Of a DNA stretch of 64,000 nucleotides, positions 24,086 through 34,319 are shown in pieces (position 1 is the stretch's first letter; each line of letters opens with the position of its first letter). Both the position numbers and the translations under genes were made by a program. The stretch spans positions 620,001 through 684,000 of the forward strand of contig CATNEN010000008.1 of assembly GCA_950097015.1 (NCBI GenBank). Reading direction: 5' to 3'. The notes below the pieces were generated by a model. That model ran no database searches, was not told the DNA's origin, and saw only the letters and a list, made by a program, of their open reading frames with translations. This DNA is from Macrostomum hystrix. Lineage: Eukaryota > Animalia > Platyhelminthes.

Positions 24086-25396
24086 CTTCTTGACGGTCTG
24101 GACCATGCGCTCGGCGCACCCGTTTGACTGCGGATGATACGGCGGCGAGTGCATCGGCGAGCAGCCGATCTTCTTGAGCCACTCGTGCAGCTGCTGGTCA
24201 CGGAACTCCGGAGCATTGTCCGCCACCAAGGTATGCGGCACACCCAGGCGGGAAAAAATCAAGCGGAGCACCTTGATGACCGTCCTCGCGCTCTTGTCGG
24301 CCACAGGCACCGCTTCCGGCCAGCCGGAGAAGGCGTCCACCACAATGAGCAGCAGGCCGAAGCCGGGAACGTGAGCATGGTCCATGTGCACGCGTCTCCA
24401 GGGACCATTTTCCGCCGGCCAGGTGTGGCACGTTCTGGCAGGCATTGGACGGATCTCCGCACATCGCTGGCATTGCTTGACGAAGTTTTCGACGTCCTCG
24501 CAGTGACCCGGCCACCAGGCTTCCAGCTTGAGTCGATTTCTTGTCGCTAGGGCACCGCAGTGCGAGTCGCCGTGAGCCGCTCGCAGCACGTCTTGCCGCA
24601 GCCGGCTAGGCGGGACCACCAGGTCTCTCAGGCAGACGACGCCACTCTCCACTGAGAGCTGCTGGCGGACGGCTTTATACGGTCGCTCCGCTGCCGAGCA
24701 GTTGTTCCACGCATTGCTGCGGATCCTGCGCTTGACGCTGGCGAGCACCGGGTCATTGTCAGTGGCGTCTCTGATCTGCTCCAGCTTGAGCACCTCCGTC
24801 TCTGTCCAGTGAACGAAGCTTTCCTGGCAGTCGTCTCCATCGCCTTCCTCCTTGAATTCAATTCGAGACAGCGCGTCGACATGCGGGATGCAGCTGCCCT
24901 TGATGTACGAGATTTCGTAGTCGAAGGCCGACAGCTGCAAAGCCCAGCGCATGATCCTTGCCGATGTGACCTTTGGAAGCTCCCGAGACGGACTAAAAAT
25001 GAACTCCAATGGTTGATGATCGCACTGGAGCACAAACTTGCTGCCGAGAAGAAAGTGTCTGGCTCTCTGAGTGGCCCACACTACAGCCAGGGCCTCTCGC
25101 TCGATATTCGAGTAATTTCTCTCAGCCGGTGTCAGCCGTCTTGACAGGTACATCACTGGGTGCTCGTCCTGAGAGAGGATTGCTGCTATGGCCTTCTCGC
25201 TGGCGTCAGTAGTCAGAGTTGTGCGCTTTCTTGCATCGAAGATTCGGACCACTGGGGAAGCTGCAAGCGCCTGCTTGAGCTCGTCAAACGCTTTCTGCTG
25301 CCGAGGTCCCCAATGGAACGCGACTTTCTTGCTCCGCAGCTCGGTCAGCGGCTCGGTCTTCTCCGAGTAGGACTTGATGTAGCGCGAGTAGTACAC
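24020..25396 (-). CDS. Pol continuation: RT connection, RNase H, integrase zinc-binding and DDE core
   Basis: TTDASEKAIAAILSQ...NYSNIEREALA...DHQPL (RNase H), H-H-C-C (AHGDSHCG...CQRC), VHMDHA...VADNAPEF...HPQSNGCAER (integrase). Frameshifted relative to the flanking segments. Confidence 0.92.
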   Translation of the reverse strand: MYYSRYIKSYSEKTEPLTELRSKKVAFHWGPRQQKAFDELKQALAASPVVRIFDARKRTTLTTDASEKAIAAILSQDEHPVMYLSRRLTPAERNYSNIEREALAVVWATQRARHFLLGSKFVLQCDHQPLEFIFSPSRELPKVTSARIMRWALQLSAFDYEISYIKGSCIPHVDALSRIEFKEEGDGDDCQESFVHWTETEVLKLEQIRDATDNDPVLASVKRRIRSNAWNNCSAAERPYKAVRQQLSVESGVVCLRDLVVPPSRLRQDVLRAAHGDSHCGALATRNRLKLEAWWPGHCEDVENFVKQCQRCAEIRPMPARTCHTWPAENGPWRRVHMDHAHVPGFGLLLIVVDAFSGWPEAVPVADKSARTVIKVLRLIFSRLGVPHTLVADNAPEFRDQQLHEWLKKIGCSPMHSPPYHPQSNGCAERMVQTVKKGAAGLRRAPGQVRRVPRQAAA

Positions 25397-25442
25397 GTCA
25401 TTCCTAGAAACGATTCGAGTTCCTTTTTGCTCGCCGGGTTGC

Positions 25443-27377
25443 TCACGCCGAGGATTTTCTCCACCAGCTTCCGATCAGGGCGCACGCCGTCAGCCGCGAT
25501 GCGGTAGCCAAGGAAACTGATTTCCGTGCTGCGGAAAACGCATTTTTTTCGCTGATCGACATGCCGGCATCAGAAAGCGCTCTCAGCAGGTCCCGGACTT
25601 TGCTGTCCAATTCGTCCGCTGTGGTGGCGCCAACGCACATGTCGTCTTGGTAGATCACCAGGTTGCTGACCGCACCGCCGACCGTTGCCTCCATGGCAGC
25701 CTGGAACTGCGCACTGGCCGTCTTCACCCCGAATGGCATGCGCGTCCATCTGAGCAGGCCTAGGGGCGTGTTGATGGTGAGTATTTCTCTGGAGGCCTCG
25801 TCTAGCTCAATCTGGTTGTAGGCATTTGTTAAGTCTACAATTGCGAAGTGCTTCATACCTGCCAGGGCACTGAAGGTTTGCTCGATGTTGGGCAGTGGGT
25901 AGGCGTCAGAGCAGATCTTCGGGTTCACCCCGACCTTGTAGTCGGAGCAGATTCTCAGGTCTCCGTCGGCCTTGCGCACCACTACAATGGGCGATGCCCA
26001 ACTGCTGCCGCCTGGCGGCACAGGCTCGAGGATCCCGGCGTCGATCATCGTCCGCAGCTTGGCCACCACCAGCGGCTTGAGATGAATTGGGAGCGGCCGG
26101 GCATCGAAGAAGCTGGGCTGAGCATTCTCCCTGAGCAAGACCCGAGCACGGAAACCTTTGAGCTTGCCTAGCGGTTTGCTGCTGCGCTCCACTTGATTGA
26201 CAGTCGCTGTGTCCAGCTTGAAGTCCAGCACATCTGTTCCGATGAGGCCGTGCTCCTTTGTGCACTCAGTGACCGTCACGTCCGCACAGGCGATTTGTCT
26301 CCCGACTTCGATGAGCGCCGTGAAGCATCCTCTAGTTCTGATGACTGTTCCGTCAAATTGTCGCAGTCTCAACTTGGACTTTCGTAGCTTGGGCTCACCG
26401 AGGCTCCTCCAGAAGTTTATCGGAATGATGCTCGCACCGGATCCAGAGTCGAGCTGCATTTTGAACGGCTTGCCTTCAATGAGCACAGTTTTTATGCTGC
26501 CGCTGCCGCTCTCGTTGCCGACAATGGTGTAGATGCCTGCCTGCTCACACTCGCTCGTGTCGATTTCATGGGCATGTGCAACCGACTTGGACTTGGCGCT
26601 GCTCCTGCAGACTGCAGCAAAGTGGTTCCTGCGGTGGCATTTGTTACAAGTCTTCCCGAATGCAGGGCATTTGCCTGGCTGGTGCTGCAGACCACACGAC
26701 CTGCACTGAGCACCGCTATTGCGGTTCCTGTCGATGCTGGCAACTGGTGTCGAACTCTCAGCCGTCTCGGAGCTTCTGCTAGGCTCTCGGGCTTCAGCAG
26801 ATCGGTCGCTTGAGCTGTAGCTCTGGATGAGCTCTAACTGCTGGATGTACTGCATGCACGTGTCCAGAGTCACTGGATTCTCAGAGCTCTGAATGTGCTC
26901 AAGTGTTTTGGTCCGCTGGCTGCGGTCGCATAAGCCGCTGATCAGCAGTGTTTGGATCAAGTCATCCTCGGCTGACTGTTTGCAGCCTTGTTCGTTGAGC
27001 TTGTCAAACTCACAGTGCTTTGCCGCGTCTCTCAAGCGCTCCGCGAACTGCTGGGCCGACTCTGTTGACAGCTGCCGCTGGGACATGAACCTTGTGCGCT
27101 CTGCAATCACCAGTTTCTTTTTGGGCTGGAGTCGCCCGATGATCATTTTCTTGATGTCCTTGAAGGTCATATCCTCAATGTTTTTCGGCTTTGCCATGAT
27201 AGAGACGGATCGGACTGCATTGATTCCTGCTCGAGCAAGGAAGAGGTCTGTCACCTGCTTCTCTTCGTTTGTATCTTGCAGTTTTTTGTGCCTGCACAGT
27301 GCTTCAAAACTTTGCAGCCAGGCCTCAGCCATGGCTGGGTCATTGAGAGGTAATTCACTGGCTGCTTGCGATGCCAT
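25443..27377 (-). CDS. Gag-protease-RT(N-part) ORF of the Gypsy element
   Basis: Double CCHC knuckle CRSCGLQH...C / CNKCHRRNHFAAVC (Mag-clade type), protease LDSGS, RT WASPIVVVRK...YPLP...DLTNAY...MPFG...YQDD. The frame is lost at the T7 run 25543-25549. Confidence 0.92.
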   Translation of the reverse strand: MASQAASELPLNDPAMAEAWLQSFEALCRHKKLQDTNEEKQVTDLFLARAGINAVRSVSIMAKPKNIEDMTFKDIKKMIIGRLQPKKKLVIAERTRFMSQRQLSTESAQQFAERLRDAAKHCEFDKLNEQGCKQSAEDDLIQTLLISGLCDRSQRTKTLEHIQSSENPVTLDTCMQYIQQLELIQSYSSSDRSAEAREPSRSSETAESSTPVASIDRNRNSGAQCRSCGLQHQPGKCPAFGKTCNKCHRRNHFAAVCRSSAKSKSVAHAHEIDTSECEQAGIYTIVGNESGSGSIKTVLIEGKPFKMQLDSGSGASIIPINFWRSLGEPKLRKSKLRLRQFDGTVIRTRGCFTALIEVGRQIACADVTVTECTKEHGLIGTDVLDFKLDTATVNQVERSSKPLGKLKGFRARVLLRENAQPSFFDARPLPIHLKPLVVAKLRTMIDAGILEPVPPGGSSWASPIVVVRKADGDLRICSDYKVGVNPKICSDAYPLPNIEQTFSALAGMKHFAIVDLTNAYNQIELDEASREILTINTPLGLLRWTRMPFGVKTASAQFQAAMEATVGGAVSNLVIYQDDMCVGATTADELDSKVRDLLRALSDAGMSISEKNAFSAARKSVSLATASRLTACALIGSWWRKSSA

Positions 27378-28299
27378 TGTCGTGTCGTGGCTGGCTAGCC
27401 AAACTTGAGCCGCAAATGGGCGAGAGGTTGTTATTTATTATAGTTGGCATTGCACATAGATGTACATGCAGATAAGAGTAAAGCATCAGCTAATAGATTA
27501 GACGGTTAGGCATAAGCGTACATTGACAGACAGAGCTGGCGGGTAGAGAGCAAGCAGTCCTAAACTCAGCGCCAATAACAATTGGGGTGCAGCCCCACAC
27601 TGCGCACTTTAAGTCAAGTCACGATACAACAGAGATGAAGGACCAGTCTCAGAAATCTAGAATGAGATCAAGGACCAGTCTCAGAATCCAGAATGAGATC
27701 AAGGACCAGTCTCAGAAATCTAGAATGAGATGAAGGACCAGTCTCAGAATCCAGAATGAGATGAAGGACCAGTCACAGAAATCTAGAATGAGATGAAGGA
27801 CCAGTCTCAGAATCCAGAATGAGATGAAGGACCAGTCTCAGAATCCAGAATGAGACGAAGGACCAGTCTCAGAAATCTAGAATGAGATGAAGGACCAGTC
27901 ACAGAAATCTAGAATGAGATGAAGGACCAGTCTCAGAAATCTAGAATGAGATGAAGGACCAGTCACAGAAATCTAGAATGAGATGAAGGACCAGTCTCAG
28001 AAATCTAGAATGAGATGAAGGACCAGTCACAGAAATCTAGAATGAGATGAAGGACCAGTCTCAGAAATCTAGAATGAGATGAAGGACCAGTCACAGAAAT
28101 CTAGAATGAGATGAAGGACCAGTCTCAGAAATCTAGAATGAGATGAAGGACCAGTCTCAGAATCCAGAATGAGATCAAGGACCAGTCACAGAATCCAGAA
28201 TGAGATCAAGGACCAGTCTCAGAATCCAGAATGAGATGAAGGACCAGTCTCAGAATCCAGAATGAGATGAAGGACCAGTCTCAGAATCTAGAATGAGAT

Positions 28300-28553
28300 T
28301 GTCGTGTCGTGGCTGGCTAGCCAAACTTGAGCCGCAAATGGGCGAGAGGTTGTTATTTATTATAGTTGGCATTGCACATAGATGTACATGCAGATAAGAG
28401 TAAAGCATCAGCTAATAGATTAGACGGTTAGGCATAAGCGTACATTGACAGACAGAGCTGGCGGGTAGAGAGCAAGCAGTCCTAAACTCAGCGCCAATAA
28501 CAATTGGGGTGCAGCCCCACACTGCGCACTTTAAGTCAAGTCACGATACAACA
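28300..28553 (-). mobile_element. Solo LTR of the same element, flanked by GAGAT
   Basis: 254-bp copy matching LTR 27378-27631, including the GGGTAG allele. Confidence 0.95.
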
Positions 28554-29221
28554 GAGATGAAGGACCAGTCTCAGAAATCTAGAATGAGATCAAGGACCAG
28601 TCTCAGAATCCAGAATGAGATCAAGGACCAGTCTCAGAAATCTAGAATGAGATGAAGGACCAGTCTCAGAATCCAGAATGAGATGAAGGACCAGTCACAG
28701 AAATCTAGAATGAGATGAAGGACCAGTCTCAGAATCCAGAATGAGATGAAGGACCAGTCTCAGAATCCAGAATGAGACGAAGGACCAGTCTCAGAAATCT
28801 AGAATGAGATGAAGGACCAGTCACAGAAATCTAGAATGAGATGAAGGACCAGTCTCAGAAATCTAGAATGAGATGAAGGACCAGTCACAGAAATCTAGAA
28901 TGAGATGAAGGACCAGTCTCAGAAATCTAGAATGAGATGAAGGACCAGTCACAGAAATCTAGAATGAGATGAAGGACCAGTCTCAGAAATCTAGAATGAG
29001 ATGAAGGACCAGTCACAGAAATCTAGAATGAGATGAAGGACCAGTCTCAGAAATCTAGAATGAGATGAAGGACCAGTCTCAGAATCCAGAATGAGATCAA
29101 GGACCAGTCACAGAATCCAGAATGAGATCAAGGACCAGTCTCAGAATCCAGAATGAGATGAGGGACCAGTCTCAGAATCCAGAATGAGATGAAGGACCAG
29201 TCTCAGAATCTAGAATGAGAT

Positions 29222-29475
29222 TGTCGTGTCGTGGCTGGCTAGCCAAACTTGAGCCGCAAATGGGCGAGAGGTTGTTATTTATTATAGTTGGCATTGCACA
29301 TAGATGTACATGCAGATAAGAGTAAAGCATCAGCTAATAGATTAGACGGTTAGGCATAAGCGTACATTGACAGACAGAGCTGGCGGGTAGAGAGCAAGCA
29401 GTCCTAAACTCAGCGCCAATAACAATTGGGGTGCAGCCCCACACTGCGCACTTTAAGTCAAGTCACGATACAACA
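29222..29475 (-). mobile_element. Second solo LTR, flanked by GAGAT
   Basis: 254-bp copy exactly 922 bp after the previous one. Confidence 0.95.
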
Positions 29476-30894
29476 GAGATGAAGGACCAGTCTCAGAAAT
29501 CTAGAATGAGATCAAGGACCAGTCTCAGAATCCAGAATGAGATCAAGGACCAGTCTCAGAAATCTAGAATGAGATGAAGGACCAGTCTCAGAATCCAGAA
29601 TGAGATGAAGGACCAGTCACAGAAATCTAGAATGAGATGAAGGACCAGTCTCAGAATCCAGAATGAGATGAAGGACCAGTCTCAGAATCCAGAATGAGAC
29701 GAAGGACCAGTCTCAGAAATCTAGAATGAGATGAAGGACCAGTCACAGAAATCTAGAATGAGATGAAGGACCAGTCTCAGAAATCTAGAATGAGATGAAG
29801 GACCAGTCACAGAAATCTAGAATGAGATGAAGGACCAAGTCTCAGAAATCTAGAATGAGATGAAGGACCAGTCACAGAAATCTAGAATGAGATGAAGGAC
29901 CAGTCTCAGAAATCTAGAATGAGATGAAGGACCAGTCACAGAAATCTAGAATGAGATGAAGGACCAGTCTCAGAAATCTAGAATGAGATGAAGGACCAGT
30001 CTCAGAATCCAGAATGAGATGAAGGACCAGTCTCAGAATCCAGAATGAGATGAAGGACCAGTCTCAGAATCCAGAATGAGATGAAGGACCAGTCTCAGAA
30101 TCCAGAATGAGATGAAGGACCAGTCTCAGAATCTAGAATGAGATGAAGGACCAGTCACAGAATCCAGAATGAGATGAAGGACCAGTCTCAGAAATCTAGA
30201 ATGAGATGAAGGACCAGTCTCAGAAATCTAGAATGAGATCAAGGACCAGTCTCAGAATCCAGAATGAGATGAAGGACCAGTCACAGAAATCTAGAATGAG
30301 ATGAAGGACCAGTCTCAGAATCCAGAATGAGATCAAGGACCAGTCTCAGAATCCAGAATGAGATGAAGGACCAGTCACAGAAATCTAGAATGAGATGAAG
30401 GACCAGTCTCAGAATCCAGAATGAGATGAAGGACCAGTCTCAGAATCCAGAATGAGATGAAGGACCAGTCTCAGAAATCTAGAATGAGATGAAGGACCAG
30501 TCACAGAAATCTAGAATGAGATGAAGGACCAGTCTCAGAATCCAGAATGAGATGAAGGACCAGTCTCAGAATCCAGAATGAGATGAAGGACCAGTCTCAG
30601 AATCTAGAATGAGATGAAGGACCAATCTAAGTATGAGCAAGCTTGTGAGCTGTACATGTCAGTTGCAATTAAAAATGGTGGAAAAAGTGTCGTATCACAC
30701 AGCATGTAACTGGCTAGGCCCTGTTCAATACTTATGTTTACTCAAAGCATTTGCAATCTATATTACTGAGCAGCTGAGCTGAGCATATTACTGAGTACAC
30801 AATCTGTGACAGCAGAAAACAGAGCAAACATTGAAGTCGTCAAAATTAGCATTAAGAGAGCAAATGTACTTCAGCGGCAAAGGAGACTGTGATT

Positions 30895-32588
30895 GCTCCA
30901 GCTGCGATTTTAGTTAGTGCTCAAGCTGCGATTCTAGTTAGTGCTCCAGCTGCGATTCTAGTTAGTGCTCAAGCTGCGATTCTAGTTAGTGCTCAGCTGC
31001 GATTCCTAGTTAGTGCTCAAGCTGCGATTCTAGTTAGTGCTCCAGCTGCGATTCTAGTTAGTGCTCAAGCTGCGATTCTAGTTAGTGCTCAAGCTGCGAT
31101 TCTAGTTAGTGCTCAAGCTGCGATTCTAGTTAGTGCTTCAGCTGCGATTCTAGTTAGTGCTCAAGCTGCGATTCTAGTTAGTGCTTCAGCTGCGATTCTA
31201 GTTAGTGCTCAAGCTGCGATTCTAGTTAGTGCTCAGCTGCGATTCTAGTTAGTGCTTCAGCTGCGATTCTAGTTAGTGCTCCAAGCTGCGATTCTAGTTA
31301 GTGCTTCAAGCTGCGATTCTAGTTAGTGCTCAAGCTGCGATTCTAGTTAGTGCTCAGCTGCGATTCTAGTTAGTGCTCCAGCTGCAGATTCTAGTTAGTG
31401 CTCAAGCTGCGATTCTAGTTAGTGCTCAGCTGCGATTCTAGTTAGTGCTTCAGCTGCGATTCTAGTTAGTGCTCAAGCTGCGATTCTAGTTAGTGCTTCA
31501 GCTGCGATTCTAGTTAGTGCTCAAGCTGCGATTCTAGTTAGTGCTCAAGCTGCGATTCTAGTTAGTGCTCCAGCTGCGATTCTAGTTAGTGCTCAAGCTG
31601 CGATTCTAGTTAGTGCTCCAGCTGCGATTCTAGTTAGTGCTCAGCTGCGATTCTAGTTAGTGCTCAAGCTGCGATTCTAGTTAGTGCTCAAGCTGCGATT
31701 CTAGTTAGTGCTCAAGCTGCGATTCTAGTTAGTGCTCAAAGCTGCGATTCTAGTTAGTGCTCAAGCTGCGATTCTAGTTAGTGCTCAAGCTGCGATTCTA
31801 GTTAGTGCTCAAGCTGCGATTCTAGTTAGTGCTCAAGCTGCGATTCTAGTTAGTGCTCAAGCTGCGATTCTAGTTAGTGCTCAAGCTGCGATTCTAGTTA
31901 GTGCTTCAGCTGCGATTCTAGTTAGTGCTTCAGCTGCGATTCTAGTTAGTGCTCAGCTGCGATTCTAGTTAGTGCTCAAGCTGCGATTCTAGTTAGTGCT
32001 CAGCTGCGATTCTAGTTAGTGCTCAAGCTGCGATTCTAGTTAGTGCTCCAGCTGCGATTCTAGTTAGTGCTCAAGCTGCGATTCTAGTTAGTGCTCCAGC
32101 TGCGATTCTAGTTAGTGCTCAAGCTGCGATTCTAGTTAGTGCTCAAGCTGCGATTCTAGTTAGTGCTCAGCTGCGATTCTAGTTAGTGCTCAAGCTGCGA
32201 TTCTAGTTAGTGCTCAAGCTGCGATTCTAGTTAGTGCTCAAGCTGCGATTCTAGTTAGTGCTCCAGCTGCGATTCTAGTTAGTGCTCAAGCTGCGATTCT
32301 AGTTAGTGCTCAAGCTGCGATTCTAGTTAGTGCTCAAGCTGCGATTCTAGTTAGTGCTCAAGCTGCGATTCTAGTTAGTGCTTCAGCTGCGATTCTAGTT
32401 AGTGCTTCAGCTGCGATTCTAGTTAGTGCTCCAGCTGCGATTCTAGTTAGTGCTCAAGCTGCGATTCTAGTTAGTGCTCCAGCTGCGATTCTAGTTAGTG
32501 CTCCAGCTCAGATTCTAGTTAGTGCTCCAGCTCAGATTCTAGTTAGTGCTTCAGCTGCGATTCTAGTTAGTGCTCCAGCTGCGATTCT
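30895..32588. repeat. 24-bp minisatellite (GCTGCGATTCTAGTTAGTGCTCAA)
   Basis: About 70 tandem units. Source of the AAILVSAQ ORFs. Confidence 0.95.
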
Positions 32589-33419
32589 GAATTAATTGTT
32601 GATAATAATAAAAACACTTCTGCTGCAGCCATTTTATAGATTACTAATTCGTAGTACAATTTTGAAGATGAGGAAATGTATTTTCTTATTTTAAAATATA
32701 TATTTTAATTAATGGAATAATCCCAGGTTATTTGAAATCTCATAGCTTAATACTGCATTTACTATTGCCTGTTATAACTATATAACTGGACGCAAAAATA
32801 GGCTCTGAAGTATATAGCTGAAGAGATAAAAGATATGTAGGGAACAGAGACAAAGTTTGTACCAAAATATATCTTAAATGTTCCTTCCGCGGGTAGCAAA
32901 GCATTAAGCAAACAAAACACGTCTAGATTTGAGGCATATCAGGCGAAAAAGTCTGTGAAACAAAAGTCACAACCAATGAAAATGAAAGCAAAAAATCATT
33001 TTCCCCCGAAGAAGAAATGAAAGGAAATACGGAATCACAAAAGAAGACTCCCTTCCACATTCAACTAAAGCTTGAAGGCATGATACAGACATGATTAGAG
33101 AAGGGGCGAAAATCGATTTATCCTACTAATAGTAGAAGTGCGAAAAGTATCCGTGTACAAAATTTTCTTCAATGATAAAAATAACAATCTTAAAATTAAG
33201 GCCACAATTTTTTACACACGATAGTAAATCAAAATAATGGGTGCCGACAGTCAGAAGTTAGAAAAGTATTTTCTGTACTAAATAAAGAAACACTAACAGC
33301 GAAATAAAATGGAAGAAACGTTACATAACAAGTGGAACACAAAGAAACTAAGAGCGCGAGGTGCTCAAACACAATGTAACAGCAACTTGCAGATGAGAAC
33401 ACACTGGGAAACTGTCTAC

Positions 33420-34050
33420 AGGTGAGACTACATAGTCTAACAGGTGTAAGACCATTCTGTAACTGAGAATACCTGGTCTAACAGGTGTAAGACCATTCTG
33501 TAACTGAGACTACCTGGTCTAACAGGTGTAAGACCATTCTGTAACTGAGAATACCTGGTCTAACAGGTGTAAGACCATTCTGTAACTGAGAATACCTGGT
33601 CTAACAGGTGTAAGACCACTCTGTAACTGAGACTACCTGGTCTAACAGGTGTAAGACCACTCTGTAACTGAGAATACCTGGTCTAACAGGTGTAAGACCA
33701 CTCTGTAACTGAGAATACCTGGTCTAACAGGTGTAAGACCACTCTGTAACTGAGACTACCTGGTCTAACAGGTGTAAGACCACTCTGTAACTGAGACTAC
33801 CTGGTCTAACAGGTGTAAGACCACTCTGTAACTGAGAATACCTGGTCTAACAGGTGTAAGACCACTCTGTAACTGAGACTACCTGGTCTAACAGGTGTAA
33901 GACCACTCTGTAACTGAGACTACCTGGTCTAACAGGTGTAAGACCACTCTGTAACTGAGACTACCTGGTCTAACAGGTGTAAGACCACTCTGTAACTGAG
34001 ACTACCTGGTCTAACAGGTGTAAGTAAGACCATTCTGTAGCTGAGACTAC
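33420..34050. repeat. 41-bp minisatellite (CACTCTGTAACTGAGACTACCTGGTCTAACAGGTGTAAGAC)
   Basis: About 15 tandem units downstream of the VPS9D1 stop. Confidence 0.92.
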
Positions 34051-34319
34051 CTAGTCTGTCGTGTCTAACAGGTGTTAAACTACTATGTAACTGAGTCTGT
34101 CGTGTCTAACAGGTCAGGAAGCCTTCTGTTACCAAGCCTGCTGTGTCCAACAGGCGTAAGACAATACTGTTGCTGGGCCTGTCGTGTCTAACAAGTGAGG
34201 AAGCCTTTTGTAACTGAGCATTTTGTGTCCAAGACAATGCGACCTACAATTAATTGGGCAGGTGGACCAGGTACAAATTAAATATACTCTTTTTAAAAAG
34301 CACACTACTCAAAGTAAGC

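Larger units (their letters stand above)
23268..27631 (-). mobile_element. Full-length Ty3/Gypsy (Mag-like) LTR retrotransposon, 4364 bp
   Basis: 254-bp LTRs at 23268-23521 and 27378-27631 (TG...CA, one visible mismatch) with 5-bp TSD GAGAT. PBS TGGCATCGCAAGCAG follows the 5' LTR and PPT GAGGGGA precedes the 3' LTR. Domain order is gag-PR-RT-RH-IN. Confidence 0.96.
21546..30622. repeat. 26/27-bp satellite (GAAGGACCAGTC[T/A]CAGA(A)ATC[C/T]AGAATGAGAT), interrupted by an LTR retrotransposon and two solo LTRs
   Basis: Tandem periodicity at 21546-23267, 27632-28299, 28554-29221 and 29476-30622. Confidence 0.95.

Noticed and set aside
25543-25549. Programmed -1 ribosomal frameshift in the retrotransposon
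   Set aside because: The site is in the middle of RT rather than at the gag-pol boundary, and two further frameshifts follow. A homopolymer indel is more parsimonious.
21546-30622. CRISPR-like appearance (short repeats with interspersed unique blocks)
   Set aside because: The units are contiguous with no spacers, the interspersed blocks are identical LTRs, the context is eukaryotic, and there are no cas genes.
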